Shown here: positions 55,769 through 64,000 of the stretch, piece by piece
Layout: each line of letters begins with the position of its first letter
Position numbering within the stretch: the first letter of the stretch is position 1
From: a virus
Taxonomy: Duplodnaviria > Caudoviricetes
DNA: 64,000 nucleotides
IMG/VR virus record: IMGVR_UViG_3300031951_000008
Direction: 5' to 3' (one strand)
Notes under the pieces: model-generated
The model's input: the letters and a program-made list of their open reading frames with translations, nothing else
Told to the model about the DNA's origin: nothing
Database searches by the model: none
Translations under genes and position numbers: made by a program

Positions 55769-56145
55769 ATTTTCTCCCTGATGATTCGAACTTCCTGTGC
55801 ACCGCTTTTCATGACTATCTTACCATCAACTACTTCACATAGCTGATTGGCTACTTTTAGGAATTCTTCCTCGAACATGAGTTCAGGACCTATCTTACCA
55901 TGCCTTACTGGTAGGATATAATGGACACCACCCCTGGCTTGTGAATAGTTGCGGGATACTTCTTGTATCAACAGTTGAACCCGTAATGGCTCAAGATCCT
56001 TGACTTCAACATAGTAGACAGTTCTAATAGGCTTATCCGAAGCCACAATTTGTTCAGCACGCCTCTCTGCCTCATTGATTTGCTTGTTATTGATTACTAG
56101 TGGTGCGGTTTTATCCGTACGCTTGATTATTTTTTGAGGCTTCAT
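55765..56145 (-). CDS. hypothetical protein
   Basis: Likely start MKPQKII at 56145; CAATATACTT motif 15 nt upstream. Confidence 0.65.
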   Translation of the reverse strand: MKPQKIIKRTDKTAPLVINNKQINEAERRAEQIVASDKPIRTVYYVEVKDLEPLRVQLLIQEVSRNYSQARGGVHYILPVRHGKIGPELMFEEEFLKVANQLCEVVDGKIVMKSGAQEVRIIREKI

Positions 56146-56170
56146 TGCGTAAGTATATTGGAGGAACAAC

Positions 56171-56503
56171 ATGTCAAACTTTGTATTATTTACATTCAGT
56201 AATGAATCAGATCAGCTAGCTTTCGTAAACGAGCTAGATAAATTGTCTACTAAGAGTATTATAGTAAAGAAGGCTTTAGCGAGCAAAAGCCTTAGCCGCG
56301 AAACCATCTTAGCCGCCGTTAGTAATAGTAAAACTTACGCCGTCTTTGTGTCTGGTAAAGAGGTATTAAAGGGATCACTTGACCAGTGCACTAAAAAATT
56401 TCAATTTGAAACAGCCAGCCACAGTGCCGGTGTCCAACTTAAAGAATACAACCCCGCTGATGAAAGTTGGAAGCCTATAAAATCAAGGACTTATGGAAAG
56501 TAA
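56171..56503 (+). CDS. hypothetical protein
   Basis: GGAGG SD; 110 aa. Confidence 0.7.
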   Translation: MSNFVLFTFSNESDQLAFVNELDKLSTKSIIVKKALASKSLSRETILAAVSNSKTYAVFVSGKEVLKGSLDQCTKKFQFETASHSAGVQLKEYNPADESWKPIKSRTYGK

Positions 56504-57314
56504 AGAGCCATCCCGATCACCTGCCTTAGCATGTAAGCTAGGCTTGATTCGTTTTGGCCCTGCTACTACCAAACCACTCGGTGGGCTAAATCCATATTGC
56601 CCGGAATATAAATTAATAGGCGATCAGTTCGCTATAGTTCTAAAACGCCACGCTAGATTAAGGCCTGAATCAGCAATATTAGATTTAGGCTGTGGTACTG
56701 GTAGGTTGATTAAATCGATACAACCTTCTCCCAACTATGTTGGTTTCGATATTAATAGGTATTTTATTGAGTATTGCACAACAACATATACAGGCAACAA
56801 ATTCGTCCTTAGCGACATTTACAACGAGGAATTCAACGATACTGGTTCTATACCATCTGCAGAAGCTGTTTTGCCTTTTCCAGATAGTAGCTTTGATATA
56901 GTTGCATCATTTGGGGTATTTAACCATCTAGACATACAATCTGTTCTTAGATATGTTGACGAGAGTGCTCGTGTTCTCAAGAGAAATGGCTTCTTTATTT
57001 TTACAGCACTATTGCTTAATGATTATTCTTTAGGGCAGATCAAGCTAGGACTAACCAAGGCCCCATTCAAATTTCCATACCCTGATTCAGGTATGCGTTA
57101 TGAGCACAAAGACAGAAGATACCTTAATGTAGCTATTGAAGAGCAAGATGTACGGAGGCGATGCTTACGTAATAAACTAGCCATACAAGAGCCATTGCGG
57201 TATGGTCAATGGTGCAATAGTCACTTAGCAATTTCTGGACATGATGTCATTGTTGCTAAAAAGATCGATCATACTAGTTCAAGTAAAGTCGGTATAGTAC
57301 CGTTGCATAAATAA
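56493..57314 (+). CDS. class I SAM-dependent methyltransferase (glycan/small-molecule type)
   Basis: ILDLGCGTGR, YVGFDI, PFPDSSFDIV, ARVLKRNG. Confidence 0.88.
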   Translation: MESKEPSRSPALACKLGLIRFGPATTKPLGGLNPYCPEYKLIGDQFAIVLKRHARLRPESAILDLGCGTGRLIKSIQPSPNYVGFDINRYFIEYCTTTYTGNKFVLSDIYNEEFNDTGSIPSAEAVLPFPDSSFDIVASFGVFNHLDIQSVLRYVDESARVLKRNGFFIFTALLLNDYSLGQIKLGLTKAPFKFPYPDSGMRYEHKDRRYLNVAIEEQDVRRRCLRNKLAIQEPLRYGQWCNSHLAISGHDVIVAKKIDHTSSSKVGIVPLHK

Positions 57315-60300
57315 GTTTCTACGCCAATATTTTCAGTAGCAGACAAAAAGCGGTTAATCCTTACTTGGTCATTATTAAAATCAGGTCTGCCTAGCTCATC
57401 AACATACTTGGTAGTAGGACATGGTAATTGGCTTAATTGGGTAGTATTATCGCAAGAAGCTACCAAGCATCCACAATCTAAGCGATATGATGCAATACTT
57501 GAATTCAGTATGCCAGAGCCGAGCGTAAAGAGATAATTAGCGTCGGTTCCGAAGTCATTGCTTAAGTTCAAGCCTAGACCCTCTAGCACGTCATCATATA
57601 AACCTGATCTGCCTAAATCTTGACTAGTGTAAGCTTGATAACCGAAAATGCATGGGTAGCCATCGGCAAAGTCGTGATAGGAGTCTGTTCCGCACTGGCT
57701 GTAGCTATTAAATAATGGCTTGTTAGTGATAATATAACCATCAGACACTTCCGAACTATCAGAGATATCACAAGCCTGGTCTAAAGTAATAGCTGGATTA
57801 CCGCCTTGCATCTCTAAATAAACACTGTGTATCACGTCGGTGTCGACAAATTCCATGTCAGTACCTAGTGAATGGTCGCCTAAGTTGACAATATCTGGAG
57901 GTATTCCATTCCCAATAATCGAATAAAATACTTGATCATAAACTAGCGACTCGTTCCCGTCTGTGTCATTCTGCATGTAAAAATGTAAGAAAGATGGTTG
58001 ACTACCGCATGTTTTACCACAAACTTGCGAATAAGCATCATCCCACGGCCTCGCATTGAATTCAGCAATGTAGTCGTTCATAAGGGCATACATGTTTATA
58101 AAGCGACACCCAGGTAAATGTAGAGTCGCTTTCTCGATATTTATCTCAGGTCTCTGGAGAGCCAAATTATGTTTTTGATCCCATTCTACACTGCCTATTC
58201 TATTCGTGAAATGAATGGTTTCATTGGGGTTATCGTAAGCCCTATATAATTTAGACAATTGCGATAATGGTCGCGGGTCGTCGTATGATAAGTTAAGTTG
58301 TACACCTTGCGGCCCACTTGCATAATACTTTTGGCTAGCACTGCTTGAGCCGCCGCTGAATGTAGGGTTATCAGACTTGCTTTGTAATGACCTGTTAGCT
58401 GTGCCTTTTAGGGCCATTGTGGTTAAACTTGGATATGACCAGTATACCCCCGAACCCATTCCCAATCCACAGATTTTGTTGGTATAAGCTTCATTGAATG
58501 ATAATGAAGACTTGTAAGATATTGTATCCCCTACACGCCCTTTGTATTTGAAATCAATAGCCCCTGCATTATCACAGTATGATTCCCTTGCAGCCGGGCC
58601 ATCTGACTTGTATACTCCATCATTAGCCACCGATTTACTTGATTGGCTGTTATCGCCATTCTTAGGCAAGTATTCGTATACTGTCTTGTCCAGGTAGTTA
58701 TCAATAACTCTATCTTGCCCATACTCAGTATAAGCACAATGTGTGCCTTGTGGTACATTCGGCTCGATGACGCATAACGGTGAACTATCGCTTGGTCGGT
58801 TATCTAGCATTTTGTAAGCTAGATATTCTTCCATCAGATTCTTAAGTTTTCTCTGTCTTAATATAATATCTTCTGGCTTGTACCCAAGGCTAACTGGATC
58901 TAATTTACTGCACTCTTGCTCGTTAGGAGTGTTCGGTAATATTGCTGGGGGGACCTGCAATTTACCAATATCGGTATACCATTCTTGTGAATAAGTTCCG
59001 CCAACGCTTAGGTCAGTTACCTCGTACGTTTCATTTTGTTCGACACTTGTTTTGACAAGGTTCAGTAAGCTATGTAAAGCACGAATTCGTCTTAAGAATT
59101 CTAGCGAGAATTCTAGCGAAGTAGGGTCTGCAAAGTCCTCACCGTCCTTGATTAGTATTTGTATATCGAATTTGTTACTTTGATTATTAGTTAATGTCTC
59201 TGGTACTATTAATTCTTGTTTATAATATGTGGCAAAGATGAATATTCTATAATCGTCAGATTCTTCATGGTAGCCATTTAAGGTTAGGTTTAGAAAGTTA
59301 TCATCTCTGTCTAAACGTACGCCGGTTGTGGTAAGCGGATTTATCTGGCCTACAAATATTTGTTGCTTGTCTAATCCTAACTTGCCGGATACCAGGATTT
59401 GATTATGGCCAAGCAATCCTTGCGACCCTATTATTTGAAAAGAACTAACATCTAGAAAACCGGCATTATCTTGGATCACATCAACTGTGTCGCCGTACCC
59501 ATCTGGATTGGCTTTGATGCTATTGCTAATATTTTGTAGTTGTGTGTAGGCATCAGAGCCGTTTTCGACTATAAATGCGTCGATAGTGATGCTTCCACCA
59601 TCTAATCTTGCTTTATAATTATCTAAGCCACGTAAAACCTGTGGCCTGAATAGCAATGGGACTTTATATTGTATGTCAGTACCGGCTAGTACAGCATCAA
59701 GTAGGAGATCTACTTGTGGCAACTTTACGATATCTATCTGCTCCTGAACATACGCATCAGGTTGCTTATCGCCAGGCCTTATTAACCTCTTGCCGTCAGT
59801 AGACCAATATAAGTTCGATATTAATATTTCGAAGCCGAATAATCTGAACAGCTCAATTATAGCTTTTTTAGACCCTTTTAGATTCTGCAGGTCTACCGTT
59901 CTGCGGAGTACTGCTCTCCTTAGTTGATCGAGTGACTTGGGAAAATATGGAAGATCCCAACCTAACAAAGATGAAAGATATGGAATTATTTCTGGTTTTA
60001 CATCAAAAACCCAGTTTAGCCTCTCAAGTAGTCCCTGTTCGTCAGATATATCTTGCATCATATCTGTAAAGGGACGATATAATGCGACTGTGGTGTCTTG
60101 GGACTTGCTTGCGTTAGTGAGATATGGTGGTGGTGTATGTCGATAAAATTCTTCAAGCACCTCGCCCGGATGGTTTATTACTATACGAGTAGTCGCTAAA
60201 CCGACGTGCTGATCGTCTATACATAAAAACTGGTCTTCATCATCTTCTGATGTTATTCTATTATAATATTCCGCTACATATGATAGTATATAGCTGCCGC

Positions 60301-60757
60301 TAGGGAGGGTTTCTGTTTCAATTGCTATGTCCGATAGGTCATAATAGTCAGCTCCCTGATAATAGACGAGATCACCCTTTCTGCCTGATCTTGAGATATA
60401 CTCGATAATATCGCCATCTTGTATATCCGAGTAAGTGATCGTGGTCGTGCCTCTCCTGTAGGTATATTGAGATATATCGACGATTCTTTCTCTATAGTCA
60501 AAGGAGTTAAAATTTATAGCGTAAAGCTCTATATTAGGATGTCGCATTCCGACATGGTCATGCCCGGCCACCAGTGCTTCCTGAGGTACATTTTCGATAG
60601 CGACGCGAACATTAAAGATTCCTGAATTCGCTATAGGCTCCTCTAATGGGTTGCGTTTACGTGGTACCGTAAGCACAACCGGCATAGATATTGGTCGCCA
60701 ACCTGTACGATTATTGTTAACAGGCAACAGTGTAAAATATGGTTGATTCTTTGACAT
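57269..60757 (-). CDS. baseplate wedge protein (Tail_P2_I-like domain)
   Basis: PEIIPYLSSLLGWDLP...RRAVLRRTVDLQNLKGSKKAIIELFRLFG; 1162 aa; GAGGAG SD. Confidence 0.7.
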   Translation of the reverse strand: MSKNQPYFTLLPVNNNRTGWRPISMPVVLTVPRKRNPLEEPIANSGIFNVRVAIENVPQEALVAGHDHVGMRHPNIELYAINFNSFDYRERIVDISQYTYRRGTTTITYSDIQDGDIIEYISRSGRKGDLVYYQGADYYDLSDIAIETETLPSGSYILSYVAEYYNRITSEDDEDQFLCIDDQHVGLATTRIVINHPGEVLEEFYRHTPPPYLTNASKSQDTTVALYRPFTDMMQDISDEQGLLERLNWVFDVKPEIIPYLSSLLGWDLPYFPKSLDQLRRAVLRRTVDLQNLKGSKKAIIELFRLFGFEILISNLYWSTDGKRLIRPGDKQPDAYVQEQIDIVKLPQVDLLLDAVLAGTDIQYKVPLLFRPQVLRGLDNYKARLDGGSITIDAFIVENGSDAYTQLQNISNSIKANPDGYGDTVDVIQDNAGFLDVSSFQIIGSQGLLGHNQILVSGKLGLDKQQIFVGQINPLTTTGVRLDRDDNFLNLTLNGYHEESDDYRIFIFATYYKQELIVPETLTNNQSNKFDIQILIKDGEDFADPTSLEFSLEFLRRIRALHSLLNLVKTSVEQNETYEVTDLSVGGTYSQEWYTDIGKLQVPPAILPNTPNEQECSKLDPVSLGYKPEDIILRQRKLKNLMEEYLAYKMLDNRPSDSSPLCVIEPNVPQGTHCAYTEYGQDRVIDNYLDKTVYEYLPKNGDNSQSSKSVANDGVYKSDGPAARESYCDNAGAIDFKYKGRVGDTISYKSSLSFNEAYTNKICGLGMGSGVYWSYPSLTTMALKGTANRSLQSKSDNPTFSGGSSSASQKYYASGPQGVQLNLSYDDPRPLSQLSKLYRAYDNPNETIHFTNRIGSVEWDQKHNLALQRPEINIEKATLHLPGCRFINMYALMNDYIAEFNARPWDDAYSQVCGKTCGSQPSFLHFYMQNDTDGNESLVYDQVFYSIIGNGIPPDIVNLGDHSLGTDMEFVDTDVIHSVYLEMQGGNPAITLDQACDISDSSEVSDGYIITNKPLFNSYSQCGTDSYHDFADGYPCIFGYQAYTSQDLGRSGLYDDVLEGLGLNLSNDFGTDANYLFTLGSGILNSSIASYRLDCGCLVASCDNTTQLSQLPCPTTKYVDELGRPDFNNDQVRINRFLSATENIGVETYLCNGTIPTLLELV

Positions 60758-60834
60758 AGGCTCCTCATTTTTAGCTACTAGTATATTTTACGTATCTATT
60801 ATATGAGAGCTAAAATAAGAGTAAGGATAAAATT

Positions 60835-61329
60835 ATGATAGATACAAATGGTTCTGTGTTTTACCAAGACGATTATGGGCAGCTCTATAGGACGACTTGG
60901 GAGGTCAAATCTGACAGGATCTCTATTACGAGTGCTGTTTTCCAACCATACATATGGGGTAAAGAATCTGAAGTAATTAGACGCAATAATAACATATATA
61001 AGGAAGGCATTGTCACGGTTACTGAACAGATCTTACAACCTGTCGAATATGGTTATATAATTATAGCCGAAGGAACTACTCAGTACGAAGATTATATACA
61101 ACTAACTTTTAATTGCGAGATGGGTCCAAGAGACGATTTTAAATATCATCTCAACAATCTGTGTACAGACCAGGTAATATCAGCCATCACCTCTGGTCCT
61201 CGTTGGGCAGATCCGGATGATCCTAACGATGTTAATTGTGTATGGGCGGACGTGAATAACGATGGCAGCCCAGTTGACATTACCGCAACTGGAGGAGTAG
61301 ATATATTATCTTGGATCGATGTCTGGTAA
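60835..61329 (+). CDS. hypothetical, possibly structural protein
   Basis: 164 aa, acidic, AAGGA SD. Confidence 0.65.
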   Translation: MIDTNGSVFYQDDYGQLYRTTWEVKSDRISITSAVFQPYIWGKESEVIRRNNNIYKEGIVTVTEQILQPVEYGYIIIAEGTTQYEDYIQLTFNCEMGPRDDFKYHLNNLCTDQVISAITSGPRWADPDDPNDVNCVWADVNNDGSPVDITATGGVDILSWIDVW

Positions 61330-61338
61330 TATCTGAAC

Positions 61339-63033
61339 ATGCGAACTATATTATTAATCATTTTACTGGCAAGTACCTGTATAGGGCAAGATAGATTCTC
61401 ATTGGTTAATGGTGCTGTTACGCCAAAGGCCATCGATTTTAATTTATCCGATTACCAAGCATTCGTAAAAGATGTAAAGACAGCTCCTACGCCTACTAAC
61501 GCTATAGATCTAGCTATAAGCGATCTAGCTACTGTCGATGAGTTCCAAAGACCTTTCTTAAGATATGTGTGGGTACCAGATGGCGACATGGCTAAGGTCG
61601 GACAGGTATCCTTTGCTGTTAATACTGCTATATCGCATTCGAGCAATATCGTTATACCAAGCGTGGTTCAAGGTGGTAAGCTAGTTAGATGGGATCTGCG
61701 ATTATTAGCTCCTATAACAAGTGACTTGACAAGGTTGATTACTCTATGGGAAAAGCTAGCCGACGAGCCGTACTTTCACGTTAAACCAGCGTTACCTTTA
61801 AATGCCGTAGTAATCGCATCCGCTACTGGCGACCCAACAGGATCTAAGAGGTTTAGAATAGGCGATCAGCTATTTTTCCAAGCGGTAACTGGTGATATAT
61901 TCCTATTTTATAACAACGCCTGGAAAAAGCAAGATATACCAGCATTTGGTAGCCACACCAATTTACAATCAGCAGTGATATTGCAAGGCCTCACGCAATC
62001 AAATGCCCCTATTGTGAGATACGATTGGTTTATCGTAAAGATTTTGTCTGCTGTAGATGGTGGCTTGTATTATGATTTTATCAATGTAGAAAGAAATCCG
62101 AGGGGTAAATCTGCACAAGATGCATGGCTAGAAAGTTTAGGAGTGTCGGAGAAAGCGATTCAGAGCCTGAAATCCGACCAAAGGTCAGCTATCTTTAGGT
62201 CCAACGTTACCGGAAGACCCAGACGAATAGATTTATTTCAAGGCTCTTACGTTAGACCTTCTGCTGGCAGTGGCCTTATAACTATAACCCACGACATTGG
62301 AGAGGGTGATCTAGGGACTGATAAAGATCCAATAAGAAATTTATTAGATTTTAAAGACAAGGCGAGAGAGGTTATAGCCGAAAGACCAAACGGTTTGCAC
62401 ATCTTTCTCTTATTTGACGGCAATGGTGGCCTGCAAAATTCTGCACCAGATGATATCGTTAGAGATCATACCATTCCGTCCCCTCATCCCGCCAGAGTTC
62501 AACCTGCTATTGGGTGTATTCGTTGCCACGGTCCTTTCGAGGGGGTACAACCATTTGCAAATGATGTTCAGACAATGCTCAAGAGCCGTTTAGACATATT
62601 CGGCGATCTATCTAGCAAGCAATCAACACCGGACGTGCTTGATAGGCTAGCCGGGCTGTATACCGGAGACTTTCAAAAGCCTATAAGAAGGATGAGAGAT
62701 GATTACTCCGATGCAGGGTTTATGGCATCTGGTGGCCAAAGCATTCCTGTCGTTTCTGCCGGTATATCGAAAATATATGGTGAGTATTTTTACGATACTG
62801 TAAGTGCTGAAAAAGCTTGTGCTGAATTAGGTTTTATAGTACCCAAAAGCAAATCTGTAGACTATTTAAAGATATTATTGCCCCCATTGCCACGGGACAT
62901 AACTGGCATTATTCCTGAAGACCCTATAATTGGTGCGTTGAAGTCAGGCTTAGCGGTAAATAGATTCCAGTGGGAACTGGTCTATGGTGACGCTGCATTT
63001 CGCGTGCAACAATCATTACGGTCGAAGAAATAG
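61339..63033 (+). CDS. secreted monoheme c-type cytochrome-like protein
   Basis: Signal peptide MRTILLIILLASTCIG; CIRCH at 62515-62529 after ERPNGLHIFLLFDGNG..APDDIVRD. Confidence 0.65.
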   Translation: MRTILLIILLASTCIGQDRFSLVNGAVTPKAIDFNLSDYQAFVKDVKTAPTPTNAIDLAISDLATVDEFQRPFLRYVWVPDGDMAKVGQVSFAVNTAISHSSNIVIPSVVQGGKLVRWDLRLLAPITSDLTRLITLWEKLADEPYFHVKPALPLNAVVIASATGDPTGSKRFRIGDQLFFQAVTGDIFLFYNNAWKKQDIPAFGSHTNLQSAVILQGLTQSNAPIVRYDWFIVKILSAVDGGLYYDFINVERNPRGKSAQDAWLESLGVSEKAIQSLKSDQRSAIFRSNVTGRPRRIDLFQGSYVRPSAGSGLITITHDIGEGDLGTDKDPIRNLLDFKDKAREVIAERPNGLHIFLLFDGNGGLQNSAPDDIVRDHTIPSPHPARVQPAIGCIRCHGPFEGVQPFANDVQTMLKSRLDIFGDLSSKQSTPDVLDRLAGLYTGDFQKPIRRMRDDYSDAGFMASGGQSIPVVSAGISKIYGEYFYDTVSAEKACAELGFIVPKSKSVDYLKILLPPLPRDITGIIPEDPIIGALKSGLAVNRFQWELVYGDAAFRVQQSLRSKK

Positions 63034-63054
63034 AGGCTGATAAGGAGCTTAAAA

Positions 63055-63933
63055 ATGGTTAGAGTGTTAGGTATTTTAATCGTTATTATGTTTACTACTT
63101 CCGCTGACGCGCAATTGCTGCGATCGAGATCACGGGTAGTTGTTCAACAACCAGTATGTGCTAATGGTGTTTGCAATGTGCAAGCAGCACCTGTAATCCA
63201 AGCAACACCTGTAATTCAAGCAGCACCGGTAATCCAAGCACCGGTTAACCATTTCCAGCAGCCAATCATCCAAAGCCAAGTGGTCGGAGTACCTGTCCCG
63301 GTTCAGTATACCCAGCCTCTAGTAGCACAAGGCAACACCGTATATGGCTACCACGCATTGTCACAATTCCAGAATCAAGTAGACATGGGTCTACTTTATA
63401 ATCAAGCGGCGAGGTTAACAGATCAAGCACAACAATTAGCTGGTCAGGCTGCTACTGACTTTCAAAATATCGTGCAAAATGAGGGTCAAAACCGCTTAGA
63501 GATAGCTAAGATCATTGCACAGGGTCAGGCTGCTAAAGAGGCTTTGCTAGCAGCCAAAGGTCCTGAGACAATTGTTCAAAAGCGTGAATTCAGTTTTAAG
63601 ATCACTCAGCAATCGGACGGTCAGTTTAAGATAGAGCAAACGGATATGAGTCCTGACTTTGGCCTGATTAGCGGTAAACAGTCTGCTAATAATGTGGCTA
63701 GCGTATCAAATTTGTTATCTCAGAAGTGCGTTGCTTGTCATAATGACAGTAATTCAATGGGCGGGTTAAACTTGTTGAAGCCTATAACGGAGCAGCAACA
63801 ACAGTCTATCATCAACCGTGTCGTAACAGATGATGAGTCAATTAGAATGCCCAGATTGAAGTCTGGCGCACCCGCCCCTAAGCTGTCCAAAGAAGAAATA
63901 GCCTTGCTATATCAGGCTTTCAAAGCTCAGTAA
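63055..63933 (+). CDS. secreted protein with C-terminal Planctomycete-type cytochrome c (PSCyt1-like) domain
   Basis: Signal peptide ending ADA-Q; CANGVC; CVACHN..GGLNL...RMP...LSKEEIALL (heme motif 63727-63741, distal Met). Confidence 0.75.
   Translation: MVRVLGILIVIMFTTSADAQLLRSRSRVVVQQPVCANGVCNVQAAPVIQATPVIQAAPVIQAPVNHFQQPIIQSQVVGVPVPVQYTQPLVAQGNTVYGYHALSQFQNQVDMGLLYNQAARLTDQAQQLAGQAATDFQNIVQNEGQNRLEIAKIIAQGQAAKEALLAAKGPETIVQKREFSFKITQQSDGQFKIEQTDMSPDFGLISGKQSANNVASVSNLLSQKCVACHNDSNSMGGLNLLKPITEQQQQSIINRVVTDDESIRMPRLKSGAPAPKLSKEEIALLYQAFKAQ
63181..63246 (+). repeat. 18-bp coding tandem repeat (QAAPVI)
   Basis: Three full units plus a partial unit. Confidence 0.8.
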
Positions 63934-64000
63934 AAATACTTAACAGTCTTAGATTTTAGATGGTGGGTACAGTCTGGGAGGTACTCAATACTACCTTTCG

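Noticed and set aside
56170-56173. Second shared CATG between divergent genes
   Set aside because: The minus-strand gene more plausibly starts at 56145, leaving a normal 25-bp gap
1-64000. CRISPR array or cas genes
   Set aside because: No regularly spaced direct repeats with unique spacers; intergenic gaps are too short; no cas motifs seen
1-64000. Alternative genetic code (stop reassignment)
   Set aside because: Code 11 gives long, tightly packed ORFs, and TAA, TAG and TGA all end genes at coupled junctions
1-64000. Diversity-generating retroelement acting on the fibre genes
   Set aside because: No reverse transcriptase and no TR/VR pair noticed by eye; a self-alignment would be needed to exclude it fully
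1-64000. Eukaryotic giant virus origin (collagen, MMP, kinases)
   Set aside because: SD sites, ATGA coupling, GTG/TTG starts and a Tail_P2_I-like baseplate gene indicate a bacteriophage
63934-64000. Short hairpin AGGTA/TACCT at the window end
   Set aside because: Weak 5-bp stem, truncated context

Overview
Gene-dense, AT-rich segment of what is most likely a large tailed bacteriophage (jumbo myovirus-like). Genetic code 11 gives long ORFs, Shine-Dalgarno sites are common, strands switch often and structural genes are scattered. A Tail_P2_I-like baseplate gene, collagen-like fibres and a beta-helix spike support a tailed phage. A Planctomycete-type cytochrome c domain and several secreted proteins suggest a Planctomycetota host (inference). 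The window also holds a MoxR-like AAA+/VWA pair, tmk, dut, Nudix, an adenosine-deaminase-like enzyme, glycosyltransferases, a DegT aminotransferase, a SAM methyltransferase, several proteases, two kinase-like proteins and a degenerate tRNA. Main leads: (1) an 827-aa protein with dispersed sigma-70 region 2/3.2/4-like motifs and T4-like head-protease sites, possibly a virion-packaged sigma factor; (2) several enzymes and regulators sharing an (I/L)-X-E leader, suggesting a packaged ejected cargo; (3) two adjacent secreted CxxCH heme-c proteins; (4) an HTH-NUMOD3-endonuclease-Mom-like DNA modifier fusion. All family assignments come from motif recognition by eye; no database search was run.
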